A DNA stretch of 63,557 bases, from the IMG/VR virus record IMGVR_UViG_3300045988_164395; one strand, 5' to 3'. The notes under the pieces are model-generated. The model was given only the letters and a program-made list of their open reading frames with translations. It was not told where the DNA came from and searched no databases. Of this stretch, positions 1 to 7,659 are shown piece after piece. The stretch comes from a virus. Numbering within the stretch: position 1 is the stretch's first letter; the number at the start of each line of letters is the position of its first letter. A program made the position numbers and the translations under genes.

Positions 1-55
1 GTCTAGTTTAGTTTTTGTGTTGTGATACTCCTGCTGAAAGTGTTCATCAGGAGTG
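1..55. repeat. Terminal 55-bp exact direct repeat (same as 63503..63557); circular-contig overlap
   Basis: Bases 1-55 match 63503-63557 base for base. Unique length is 63,502 bp. Confidence 0.95.
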
Positions 56-64
56 TCTTTTTTA
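27..64 (+). terminator. Hairpin plus T-tract (rho-independent-like)
   Basis: ACTCCTG (27-33) pairs with CAGGAGT (48-54), with inner TGAA/TTCA pairing. GTCTTTTTTATT follows. Confidence 0.45.
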
Positions 65-142
65 TTACTGATTATCAGCCACTTACAACACTCCAACGAA
101 CTATTTCTGCCGATATTAGTAATGTCTAAAAAACGAGAAAAA

Positions 143-182
143 CGTCATTTTTGACGCTATTTCATTCCACTTTTATTCCACT
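143..182 (+). promoter_or_regulatory. int-proximal repeats: CGTCA-N4-TGACG palindrome and tandem ATTCCACTTTT x2 (possible arm-type or operator sites)
   Basis: The palindrome is at 143-156 and CATTCCACTTTTATTCCACT at 163-182. A near-identical CATTCCAGTTTTATTCCAGT lies at 63418-63437, across the circular junction. Confidence 0.4.
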
Positions 183-200
183 TTTAACACTTGAAAGAAA

Positions 201-1394
201 ATGGCAGGGTTATTCATAACAATTGTACCTAATTTAAAGTTAAAAAATGGTAAACATACAGTCCGAATAGCTATCACTCATTCAGGACAGACAAGATATA
301 TACCAACAGACGTAACGATAGATTCGGAAAAAGAAATCAACAAAGGACGCATAGTTAAGCGTCCGGATAAGGATTCTCTGAATATGAAACTCAGAAAACT
401 TCTGAATGTTTACGAAGAAAGGCTGGATAATATACAATATGCAGACTGCCTCTCATGCACGCAACTCGTAAAAATTCTCAAAGGACCTGTAACAGGGGAA
501 AAACATAGGACATTTAAAGACATTGCAGAGGAATATCTTTCACAAATAGATATAGAGGATCGGGCTAAGACATATAAACTATACAAGTTGGCAACAAACA
601 GATATCTCCAGTATGCAGGTGACACAACACTGATGGAGCATATAAATCCAATTCGCATTAATAACTACATCATGACGCTACAGAAGGACAAACTATCTCC
701 AACAAGCATTAATATCTATATCACCTTATTGAAAGTAGTGATAAACTATGCAGTCAAGATGAGATATGTAACATTCGACGTTGATCCGTTCGTAACAGCT
801 AAGATCCCATCAGCAAAAAAAAGGGAAACATTCATAACTGTAGAACAACTCAGAAAGATAAGGGATGCCAAACTTGAAAAGCATAACATGTGCGTAATTC
901 GCGATATCTTTATGCTTACTTATTATCTTGCCGGAATGAATCTTGTAGACATGCTGGACTATGATTTCAGGAATACCGATGAAATATACTATGTACGCAA
1001 AAAGACCAGGCATACTAAAGAAGGTGAGAATGCCGTGAACTTTTCGATTCCTGATGAGGCAAAGCCAATCATACAACGATACATGAATAAGAAATCAGGG
1101 AAACTCATTTTTGGGCGTTATTCCAGCTATGTTAGCTGCTATAATGTTCTCGCAAGGAAGATAAAGGAACTTGCAGAAGTGGGCGGAATTAAGCACTATT
1201 TTACTCTATATTCAGCCCGTAAGTCTTTCGTTCAGCACGGATTCGACCTTGGGATTCCTCTCTCTACACTGGAATACTGCATCGGTCAATCGATGAAAGA
1301 CAGTCGCCCGATATTCAACTATGTATCCATAATGAAGAAACATGCAGACAAAGCAATAAGGGAAATTCTTGATAATTTGAAAGAAAAGCCCTAA
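201..1394 (+). CDS. int: Tyrosine integrase (Bacteroidetes phage-integrase type)
   Basis: 397 aa. The N-terminal arm-like domain (KNGKHTVRIAITHSGQTRYIPT) and C-terminal catalytic region (YSARKSFVQHG...IFNYV) fit a tyrosine recombinase. It sits next to the repeat-rich non-coding junction. Confidence 0.8.
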   Translation: MAGLFITIVPNLKLKNGKHTVRIAITHSGQTRYIPTDVTIDSEKEINKGRIVKRPDKDSLNMKLRKLLNVYEERLDNIQYADCLSCTQLVKILKGPVTGEKHRTFKDIAEEYLSQIDIEDRAKTYKLYKLATNRYLQYAGDTTLMEHINPIRINNYIMTLQKDKLSPTSINIYITLLKVVINYAVKMRYVTFDVDPFVTAKIPSAKKRETFITVEQLRKIRDAKLEKHNMCVIRDIFMLTYYLAGMNLVDMLDYDFRNTDEIYYVRKKTRHTKEGENAVNFSIPDEAKPIIQRYMNKKSGKLIFGRYSSYVSCYNVLARKIKELAEVGGIKHYFTLYSARKSFVQHGFDLGIPLSTLEYCIGQSMKDSRPIFNYVSIMKKHADKAIREILDNLKEKP

Positions 1395-1450
1395 CTTTAC
1401 GGCATCAATATTTGAGGCTCATACTTCAATATTGGTTTGACTTTTATTTA

Positions 1451-1477
1451 GTGAGGGAGGTGTCCCTCACTTTTTTT
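1451..1477 (+). terminator. Rho-independent terminator after int
   Basis: GTGAGGGA-GGTG-TCCCTCAC hairpin followed by TTTTTTT. Confidence 0.7.
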
Positions 1478-1588
1478 ATGCCATAAATCGAACTTTCAGC
1501 CGGCTAATTAGTAATTAATATTGAAACAAAGCCGGTGATGATGATTAGTGGTGATGAGGCTTTTCAGCTCTAACATGGTATAACCCAG

Positions 1589-1969
1589 TTAGAGCTTTTT
1601 TCGTCTACATATCTCAGAATACAATATCTCTTCAGGTGTAACAGACAGGGATAATTTGATTAGAAACTCTTTTAGATAGCCTTCTGCAATCGTATAGTCA
1701 TCCTGATCAGGAAAGTTATATAAAGGAAAAGTTAGCAAAGCCATGCCATAGTCCACAATTTTACTTCTGTCAAACAGAGAGATATGCAAAGCTAAATCTT
1801 TTAGTTTAGCCTGAAACTCGGTATTAGCAAAGGCAGTATTAATGTCCTTCCCTTCTACTTCCATCTGGCTTAGAATAATTACGACACACTGGTTTGCCAG
1901 ATTGGTACATGAACTGGTTACATCATTTATTTCAGATGCAATGATTTTGAATGATTCTTTCGCTTCCAT
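1589..1969 (-). CDS. Hypothetical protein
   Basis: 126-aa ORF with an ATG start and no recognisable motif. Confidence 0.45.
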   Translation of the reverse strand: MEAKESFKIIASEINDVTSSCTNLANQCVVIILSQMEVEGKDINTAFANTEFQAKLKDLALHISLFDRSKIVDYGMALLTFPLYNFPDQDDYTIAEGYLKEFLIKLSLSVTPEEILYSEICRRKKL

Positions 1970-2099
1970 ATCGTTGTTTTTTTATTTAATAACGCAAAGA
2001 ATCATTTTTGTATACCATTATACAAAGATAAATCCCCTTCCAGATATTATTCCAGTTGGGGATAGTCTGCTTCAAAGCCAATTCTACGATACAAAGATA

Positions 2100-2519
2100 T
2101 TATTTCTTTATTTTATACACAATCAATATAAGTATCGATATTGCTACAATACACATAGCCCATCCTCCAAAATTTATCTGGAGTTGTTGCCATTTTGTGA
2201 GTTCCTTCTCGACTGGGTAAGGCACTTGGATGCTATCCGTCTTAGCCATATAGAGTGTATCTCGTATAAACTTATCACGATATAGATACTTATACTTTTC
2301 AATCAATACTGTATCTCCCTTTTCCTTTACATATACGCTGTCAAGCATGTAGATGCTATCACGCTGTAATTTGTTTATATAGGTCGTATCAACCTTTATC
2401 GTTTCTACCGGAATATATTTCACTGTCCGGCAGGAACAGATTACGAATAGCAAACACATGAAGGGAGCCAGTGTAATGCACCGACTCACCTTCTTAATTA
2501 TGTAGTTATAGAGTTTCAT
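2100..2519 (-). CDS. Putative unimolecular spanin-like lysis protein (N-terminal lipoprotein-type signal plus C-terminal TM)
   Basis: It has an N-terminal hydrophobic segment ending in Cys (LLFVICSC) and a C-terminal TM (WAMCIVAISILILIVY). It overlaps the amidase stop (ATGA) as the last gene of the lysis cassette. Confidence 0.45.
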   Translation of the reverse strand: MKLYNYIIKKVSRCITLAPFMCLLFVICSCRTVKYIPVETIKVDTTYINKLQRDSIYMLDSVYVKEKGDTVLIEKYKYLYRDKFIRDTLYMAKTDSIQVPYPVEKELTKWQQLQINFGGWAMCIVAISILILIVYKIKK

Positions 2520-2998
2520 GCTGCAAGCAAATCTTTATATTCCTCTTTAGCATCAAAACAAGGACACATCTTCGTCCACTCGTTAGGCTCAACAATGCCG
2601 TCACCGTCCAGATCTGGCGAAGTATCACGATGTCCCAGTACTTCCTTAATATCAGGGTACTGCTTAATCAGCTTAGCAATCAGTTCGCGCAATGCTTCCT
2701 TCTGTTCCGGCGTTCGTGTATCAGCAGCCTTACCGTGAGCATCCAATCCACCTACATAGCAGATACCTATCGAATGTTTGTTATAACTTACACCACTGAA
2801 ACCTTTCGAGTTACAATGTGCTCCATCAATCGTAAGCGAACGACCAACTTCCACCGTACCGTCTAACCGAATAACAAAATTATACCCGATTGTGGTGAAC
2901 CCACGCTGAAGGTGCATCTGTGTGATTTTCTTCTTACCTATGTCCTGTCCTGCCTTAGTCGCAGAGCAGTGAACTACGATTGCATCTATCTTATTCAT
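2516..2998 (-). CDS. N-acetylmuramoyl-L-alanine amidase endolysin (T7-lysozyme/PGRP Amidase_2 type)
   Basis: The motifs IVVHCSAT...GYNFVI...DGAHC...HRD...CPCF are typical of the Amidase_2 zinc amidase family. Confidence 0.85.
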   Translation of the reverse strand: MNKIDAIVVHCSATKAGQDIGKKKITQMHLQRGFTTIGYNFVIRLDGTVEVGRSLTIDGAHCNSKGFSGVSYNKHSIGICYVGGLDAHGKAADTRTPEQKEALRELIAKLIKQYPDIKEVLGHRDTSPDLDGDGIVEPNEWTKMCPCFDAKEEYKDLLAA

Positions 2999-3489
2999 TT
3001 CTTCTCCTCCTCTTTTGTTACTTCTTCAATGATTTCTCCGGCTGCATTATACTTTTTCTTGATGTACCCTACTAGCAGCCGCTTGATTGAAACCTTGTTC
3101 TTGATTCCATGTATATCACAGATATGGTCAGCAATACTATCAAACTCAAATATGAATGCCAGTCCAAGCCCACACATGGCTGAAATGGTATAGCTACATA
3201 TCCCAATCGGCTGAAGGATGGATATACCAAGCATGAAGCCAACGACAAGGTAACTATTATACTCTATGAACTTGCACACAGTCCGGCGGCCAGCCCTGCT
3301 AAACCGGAAATCCTCTCCTCTCTTAACCACACTGTCGATGATGCCTAGAACAAAATCCGCTACGATCATTACGACGATAAATGCCAGCATCCAGCGAAGC
3401 TCGAACACTACCCCTTTTATCTCTCCAATAAAGGAGTAAGCCCCGGCAACTAGAAGCTGCGGGGCTATTATGGTAATTAGATTCTGCAT
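2995..3489 (-). CDS. Holin-like membrane protein (about 4 TM)
   Basis: 164 aa with four hydrophobic segments. It lies directly upstream of and overlapping the endolysin. Confidence 0.55.
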   Translation of the reverse strand: MQNLITIIAPQLLVAGAYSFIGEIKGVVFELRWMLAFIVVMIVADFVLGIIDSVVKRGEDFRFSRAGRRTVCKFIEYNSYLVVGFMLGISILQPIGICSYTISAMCGLGLAFIFEFDSIADHICDIHGIKNKVSIKRLLVGYIKKKYNAAGEIIEEVTKEEEKK

Positions 3490-3893
3490 TACTCCTTATT
3501 TACCTTGCCACCGAACAACTTGGCCAGCCATTCAGACGTAACCACTGACACAATTCCAGTCGATGCCAGTGCCACAAATAACGAGTCTATCAATACAACC
3601 CAAATGCTTGCATCCGAAGGCGGAAAGCCGAGATTCATCCACCACGAGAACACAGTCACGATAACACCGACGACCGCCGTCACCCACATTGTTACCCACT
3701 TGTTCATCGGGCTCTGGAGCTTAGAAGCGATGAAGCCAACCCCAGACGGAACAACGATAGACACCAATCCGGTGAAGCTGGCAAATCCAGTCAGGAACTC
3801 CGGTACAGAAGGTTCTACACTAGCGGAAGTTTCCGCAAAAACACTCACCACGCACAAAAGAAGTGCAACACACATGAAAACGAATCTTTTCAT
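3489..3893 (-). CDS. Membrane protein (signal peptide plus TMs), possible second holin or antiholin
   Basis: 134 aa, hydrophobic throughout. It is the first gene of the lysis operon. Confidence 0.4.
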   Translation of the reverse strand: MKRFVFMCVALLLCVVSVFAETSASVEPSVPEFLTGFASFTGLVSIVVPSGVGFIASKLQSPMNKWVTMWVTAVVGVIVTVFSWWMNLGFPPSDASIWVVLIDSLFVALASTGIVSVVTSEWLAKLFGGKVNKE

Positions 3894-4085
3894 TTTACTA
3901 AGATTTTAAATTAAACAAAAAAGCCCCTAGATAGCATATCTATGTACACTATCTAAGGGCATATGACAAATATAATTATTATATTATAACCCTAATCGAA
4001 TTATGAAAAACTAAACGAGTATAGTATTGGTATATTTGCTTGATTTCTACCTATTTTCTACTTTTTTTATATTTCCCTAATTTTA

Positions 4086-5288
4086 TTACAAATAAAAATT
4101 ACAAGATGAGGCTTGAGTTATTACATTATTATTTTTCTTTCTCTTGACCGCCTTCAAGTCTCTTACGATTGTGCTTGATAAAATCTCCGAATAGATTTCT
4201 GTAGTCTTAACTGAGGTGTGACCTAGCAGTCGCTGAACTGTCGTAATCGGGACACCTTGATGAATGAGCAGCGTAGCACAGGTATGACGTGCTGTATGGT
4301 AGGTTATGTGCTTCTTGATCCGAGCCATGCCAGCAATAGCAGACAGAGCCTTATTCACTTCCGAATTACTGCCTAAACTGGCAAACTCTGTTATACAGTA
4401 GCGATCCAGAATAGACAATGCTTTCCCCTCGAATAACAGATGCAACGGAAGGCGCAACTCGATACCTGTTTTGATTGATTTGAAGTGTAGCCACTTCTTA
4501 CCATTTACCTTGATAAAATTTGCAGGTGATAACTGGCAGAAGTCAGAGAATCGCAAACCGACGTAGCAACAGAATAGGAACGCATCCAGCACATGACGCA
4601 ACTTCCTATCGCTAACTTCAAGGTTCTCCAGCTTTTTCAGTTCGTCCGGAGTCAAGAACTCATGCCTTCCCTTTTCCTGCTTTATCTTAAACTTGCGAAA
4701 CGGGTAAGCGTCTGCATGAATATATCCCTGGTTAATGGCTTCGTTGACTAATGTTCTGAGCTGCCTCAAATGCTTTGCCACGGTATTTATTCCGTTACCT
4801 TTTTCCCTAAGATATACCTCGAAGTCCTTCAAGAACGTGTACGTTATATCCTTGAAATCTAGCCCTGGTCTAAACTCCTGCAATACGGTTATGGTGGTAT
4901 ACAGATTCTCCTTTGTACTCTCTCTCCTATCAGAATGTGTAACGTATTCCTTTGCAAAGACAGGAAATGTAACATTAACCGGACGGTTCTTCTTCATTGC
5001 GTCCTTCAGTAAGGATAACGTGGCTGGAACTCCTCTTTTCCATAGAGCCAATTCTATTCCCTGAAGGTATAGAACAAACTCAAACAACATAGAATTTAAA
5101 TCATCAGCTTGCGGATGAACGATAATCTGAGAGGTCCGCTTATCCCAGTGTTCTGGGTGTAAGTAAACATTTGTTTTGAAATATACTTTGCGCTGGTTCA
5201 ATGATGCTTCTACTTGTACGAGTGCTGTTCCTTGCTTATTAAGTTTCTTCTTGCGATTATAGACAAGCCGGTATTTTATCTTATCCAT
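4086..5288 (-). CDS. Tyrosine site-specific recombinase; candidate shufflon invertase
   Basis: 400 aa with RFSD...HTARHT...LGHTSVKTTEIY (R/H-x-x-R/H/Y catalytic pattern). The start codon is 48 bp from the leftmost inversion site. Confidence 0.8.
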   Translation of the reverse strand: MDKIKYRLVYNRKKKLNKQGTALVQVEASLNQRKVYFKTNVYLHPEHWDKRTSQIIVHPQADDLNSMLFEFVLYLQGIELALWKRGVPATLSLLKDAMKKNRPVNVTFPVFAKEYVTHSDRRESTKENLYTTITVLQEFRPGLDFKDITYTFLKDFEVYLREKGNGINTVAKHLRQLRTLVNEAINQGYIHADAYPFRKFKIKQEKGRHEFLTPDELKKLENLEVSDRKLRHVLDAFLFCCYVGLRFSDFCQLSPANFIKVNGKKWLHFKSIKTGIELRLPLHLLFEGKALSILDRYCITEFASLGSNSEVNKALSAIAGMARIKKHITYHTARHTCATLLIHQGVPITTVQRLLGHTSVKTTEIYSEILSSTIVRDLKAVKRKKNNNVITQASSCNFYL

Positions 5289-5335
5289 TTTTACGTCAAA
5301 AATAGATATTTACAAAGAAAGAGGCAAATTTGGCT

Positions 5336-5352
5336 GTGGGAGGACTATTACC
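5336..5352 (+). repeat. Inversion site A (GTGGGAGGACTATTACC)
   Basis: Matches the consensus GTGGGAGRACTRYTRCM. GTG is in codon phase with cassette A. Confidence 0.8.
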
Positions 5353-5764
5353 GGAAGCCACAAAAGATAGTAAAGGCTTGATGAGTAAAGAAGACAAAAG
5401 AGCATCCTTGATTTTTTATGATGCTGGACAAGTAGCAGGATTTGTCAAGATAATTAAAAATATTCCAGAATCCTGTAACTTAATTTTTAGCCTTATAAAA
5501 AAACAAAAATCAGCAGATGTTTATTCTGAATGCGAAGTTGCAGCTGTAAGGCATCCATCCAACGAAAACAATAAATTGAGGGCTTCTTGCATACAGAATA
5601 TTGGGAATTTTAATGTTTATCTGGATAGAACAGATAATTCAATATTATTTAAGGTGGAAGCTTATACATTTGTATCAATCTCATTAAAACTTAGAACGGC
5701 TAATTGTCCAGCTATAGAATGTGAGTTTTTAGCATCACTCCCTGAAAGTGCAGAAAGTATTTAG
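5336..5764 (+). CDS. Silent tail-tip cassette A (no own start; VGGLLPEATKDSKGLMSKEDK...)
   Basis: The frame is open from the site GTG. The N-terminus is nearly identical to the expressed copy (GGLLPEAT.KSKGLM) and then diverges. Confidence 0.65.
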   Translation: MGGLLPEATKDSKGLMSKEDKRASLIFYDAGQVAGFVKIIKNIPESCNLIFSLIKKQKSADVYSECEVAAVRHPSNENNKLRASCIQNIGNFNVYLDRTDNSILFKVEAYTFVSISLKLRTANCPAIECEFLASLPESAESI

Positions 5765-5781
5765 GAGGCTAAGTGCCTCCT
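5763..5781. terminator. Bidirectional hairpin between convergent cassettes A and B
   Basis: AGGAGGC-TAAGT-GCCTCCT. Confidence 0.5.
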
Positions 5782-5805
5782 TGTATTAACTATTTGAAAT
5801 CTATA

Positions 5806-6240
5806 TTATATTAGAATATTTACTGGATCTATATTAGTTCCTGAAAAGCTCTCAAATTCCGCATAATCAAACATTGTTACAGTAGGTACATAGTCTCGAT
5901 AGCCAGACAAGTGATATGTCAATCTGCTATCTTGTGTACTTCCTGCTATATAAAGTATTTTAGAATCAGTATCTAATTTAATCTTAACCCCATCAGTCTT
6001 ACCGATAGCTACAACAGATATATCTACTTTTTTGGCTTCTGTGACAAAAATAAGTTTATTAAAACTCCCTGTATCATATAATTCTATATCAAAAGAGCAA
6101 CATACATTCCATAATTTATCCCCATTAACTTTAGAAAAATCAATTTTTAAGCCATTGCTGTAATCCCCTCTATAATAAGAATATTCTTTAGCCAATAGTC
6201 CGTTTTTTGCCTGCGTAGATACAGGCAATAGTTCTCCCAC
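5806..6240 (-). CDS. Silent tail-tip cassette B (VGELLPVSTQAKNGLLAKE...)
   Basis: The frame is open from the site GTG and shares the LLP...K.GL motif. Confidence 0.65.
   Translation of the reverse strand: MGELLPVSTQAKNGLLAKEYSYYRGDYSNGLKIDFSKVNGDKLWNVCCSFDIELYDTGSFNKLIFVTEAKKVDISVVAIGKTDGVKIKLDTDSKILYIAGSTQDSRLTYHLSGYRDYVPTVTMFDYAEFESFSGTNIDPVNILI
6224..6240 (-). repeat. Inversion site B (GTGGGAGAACTATTGCC on the minus strand)
   Basis: Consensus match at the 5' end of cassette B, preceded by CACC. Confidence 0.8.
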
Positions 6241-6278
6241 GGTGGAATATCATTACAAAATTGTATGAAAAAATCACC

Positions 6279-6294
6279 GTGGGAATATACTATC
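6279..6294 (+). repeat. Degenerate inversion site F (CACC-GTGGGAATATACTATC) with a vestigial 9-codon reading frame
   Basis: It shares CACCGTGGGA with sites B and C. The frame stops after VGIYYLKFC. Confidence 0.5.
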
Positions 6295-6731
6295 TAAAAT
6301 TCTGCTAATTGTTTAGCACTAGATAAATCAATTTCATTAGTAACATTCATTATAATTTCTGATGATCGAATCCCAAATAATAGTTTAACTCTAACTTCTA
6401 ATATTGATGTATCAGATTCTGTTTCGATGTATATATTATTATCAATATTTTTCAAACGGAATTTATGTTCTCCATTTTTGCCTAAACTATTTACTTTTGC
6501 AACCAATGAAGTATATTCTCCATGCAATAGAATTATAGATTTAATTGTAGTATAATTGCAGTATACAGACAGTTCAAAAGCCCTAAACGTGTTTCCGCTG
6601 GCAGAAATAGAAAATAAATGTAATATCTTTTTCCCAACATTTGACATCCCTATATGAAACTCACCTCCGTTATTCATAGTTGAAAATCCCCTCGATTCTT
6701 TTTTACTAAAATTGGGCAATAGTCCTCCCAC
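6294..6731 (-). CDS. Silent tail-tip cassette C (VGGLLPNFSKKESRGF...)
   Basis: The frame is open from the site GTG. Confidence 0.65.
   Translation of the reverse strand: MGGLLPNFSKKESRGFSTMNNGGEFHIGMSNVGKKILHLFSISASGNTFRAFELSVYCNYTTIKSIILLHGEYTSLVAKVNSLGKNGEHKFRLKNIDNNIYIETESDTSILEVRVKLLFGIRSSEIIMNVTNEIDLSSAKQLAEF
6715..6731 (-). repeat. Inversion site C (GTGGGAGGACTATTGCC on the minus strand)
   Basis: Consensus match at the 5' end of cassette C, preceded by CACC. Confidence 0.8.
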
Positions 6732-6769
6732 GGTGGTTTTTCTTTACATTTCTGTAAGGAAAAATCTAG

Positions 6770-6786
6770 GTGGGAGAACTACTACA
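6770..6786 (+). repeat. Inversion site D (GTGGGAGAACTACTACA)
   Basis: Consensus match at the 5' end of cassette D. Confidence 0.75.
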
Positions 6787-7087
6787 GAAAAATTATTTAT
6801 ATCCATTTCAAAGGAGATCTGTACCAGAATCTGATTTAAACAAATTTGTTAGTCCTGGCTGGGGTATGATAGCGGGTGATTCTTTTAAAAATATACCTAA
6901 TGAAGCATACAAGTTTGGTACTGTTTTTTTAATAGGAAGTCCAACCAGATATGATCATGTGGCTCAATTTTATGTACCTGATAATAACACCGGATTTTAT
7001 TTCAGATCTGTATATAGTGGAGCTGAAAGTGACTTAACTGAAATAAATACCGAATGGAAAAAAATATCATTTAGCAATATTATGTAG
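6770..7087 (+). CDS. Silent tail-tip cassette D (VGELLQKNYLYPF...), the shortest cassette
   Basis: The frame is open from the site GTG (105 codons). Confidence 0.55.
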   Translation: MGELLQKNYLYPFQRRSVPESDLNKFVSPGWGMIAGDSFKNIPNEAYKFGTVFLIGSPTRYDHVAQFYVPDNNTGFYFRSVYSGAESDLTEINTEWKKISFSNIM

Positions 7088-7090
7088 AAT

Positions 7091-7124
7091 AAGATAGCAG
7101 GCTACGGAAAAAGCCTGCTGTCTT
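7091..7124. terminator. Bidirectional hairpin between convergent cassettes D and E
   Basis: AAGATAGCAGGC-N10-GCCTGCTGTCTT (12-bp stem), overlapping the cassette E stop codon. Confidence 0.6.
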
Positions 7125-7635
7125 ATTTTGCAATTTCTATGAGTCCACTTGTATCTGTACTTTCTTGCTCCTCTTTTAAGAAGGTCGTATTTTCTAAGCC
7201 TTCTGTATTTGCGAATATGACATAAACAAATGTATAGGCAGGAACGTAAATATACAATGAGAGCATTTGATCTTCTTCTTCTTTGTAATAAAATTTACTT
7301 GCCCGTGAACCGGGACCAATATCGTTTATCCCTCTATAAATAGCTTCCCGTCTATTGACAATAGAAAATGTAAAGAATGTTGTTGGTCTTCCAACACATT
7401 TCTCCCAAGCAAACATACCTAAAGGGTTAATAGCTCCGGATTGTTTTTTCATTATGCCTATTTTATATAATTTATTTTCAGATAAAGGTGCAGTCCATGA
7501 TGCAAGAGGATAATAATAAGGATATTTGCTCGGCATTAATCCTTTACTTTTACTTGTTGCTTCAGGTAGCAGTCCTCCCACAACTGATATAGTTTCCGGA
7601 TCTCTTATTACTTCATTAAAATCTATTGTTTCCAT
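7123..7635 (-). CDS. Expressed tail-tip/receptor-binding protein: constant 18-aa leader plus cassette E
   Basis: It starts with ATG and encodes METIDFNEVIRDPETISV followed by VGGLLPEATSKSKGLM.... It lies 24 nt downstream of the tail fibre gene. Confidence 0.7.
   Translation of the reverse strand: METIDFNEVIRDPETISVVGGLLPEATSKSKGLMPSKYPYYYPLASWTAPLSENKLYKIGIMKKQSGAINPLGMFAWEKCVGRPTTFFTFSIVNRREAIYRGINDIGPGSRASKFYYKEEEDQMLSLYIYVPAYTFVYVIFANTEGLENTTFLKEEQESTDTSGLIEIAK
7565..7581 (-). repeat. Inversion site E in the expressed gene (GTGGGAGGACTGCTACC on the minus strand)
   Basis: Consensus match 18 codons into the only ATG-initiated ORF of the set. Confidence 0.8.
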
Positions 7636-7659
7636 AATCTAACTAATTTAAAATTTTTA

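Larger units (their letters stand above)
5336..7581. mobile_element. Invertible multi-cassette region (shufflon) encoding alternative tail-tip/receptor-binding protein bodies
   Basis: The region is bounded by inverted copies of GTGGGAGGACT..., with four more copies inside. Each copy is fused in frame to the 5' end of a cassette ORF. Confidence 0.8.

Noticed and set aside
1-55. The 55-bp terminal direct repeat as a biological feature (direct terminal repeat of the virion DNA, or attL/attR of an excised prophage).
   Set aside because: Exact identity, a length of exactly 55, and uninterrupted gene and regulatory context across the junction fit an assembly overlap of a circular molecule better. 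Physical termini cannot be inferred from the sequence alone.
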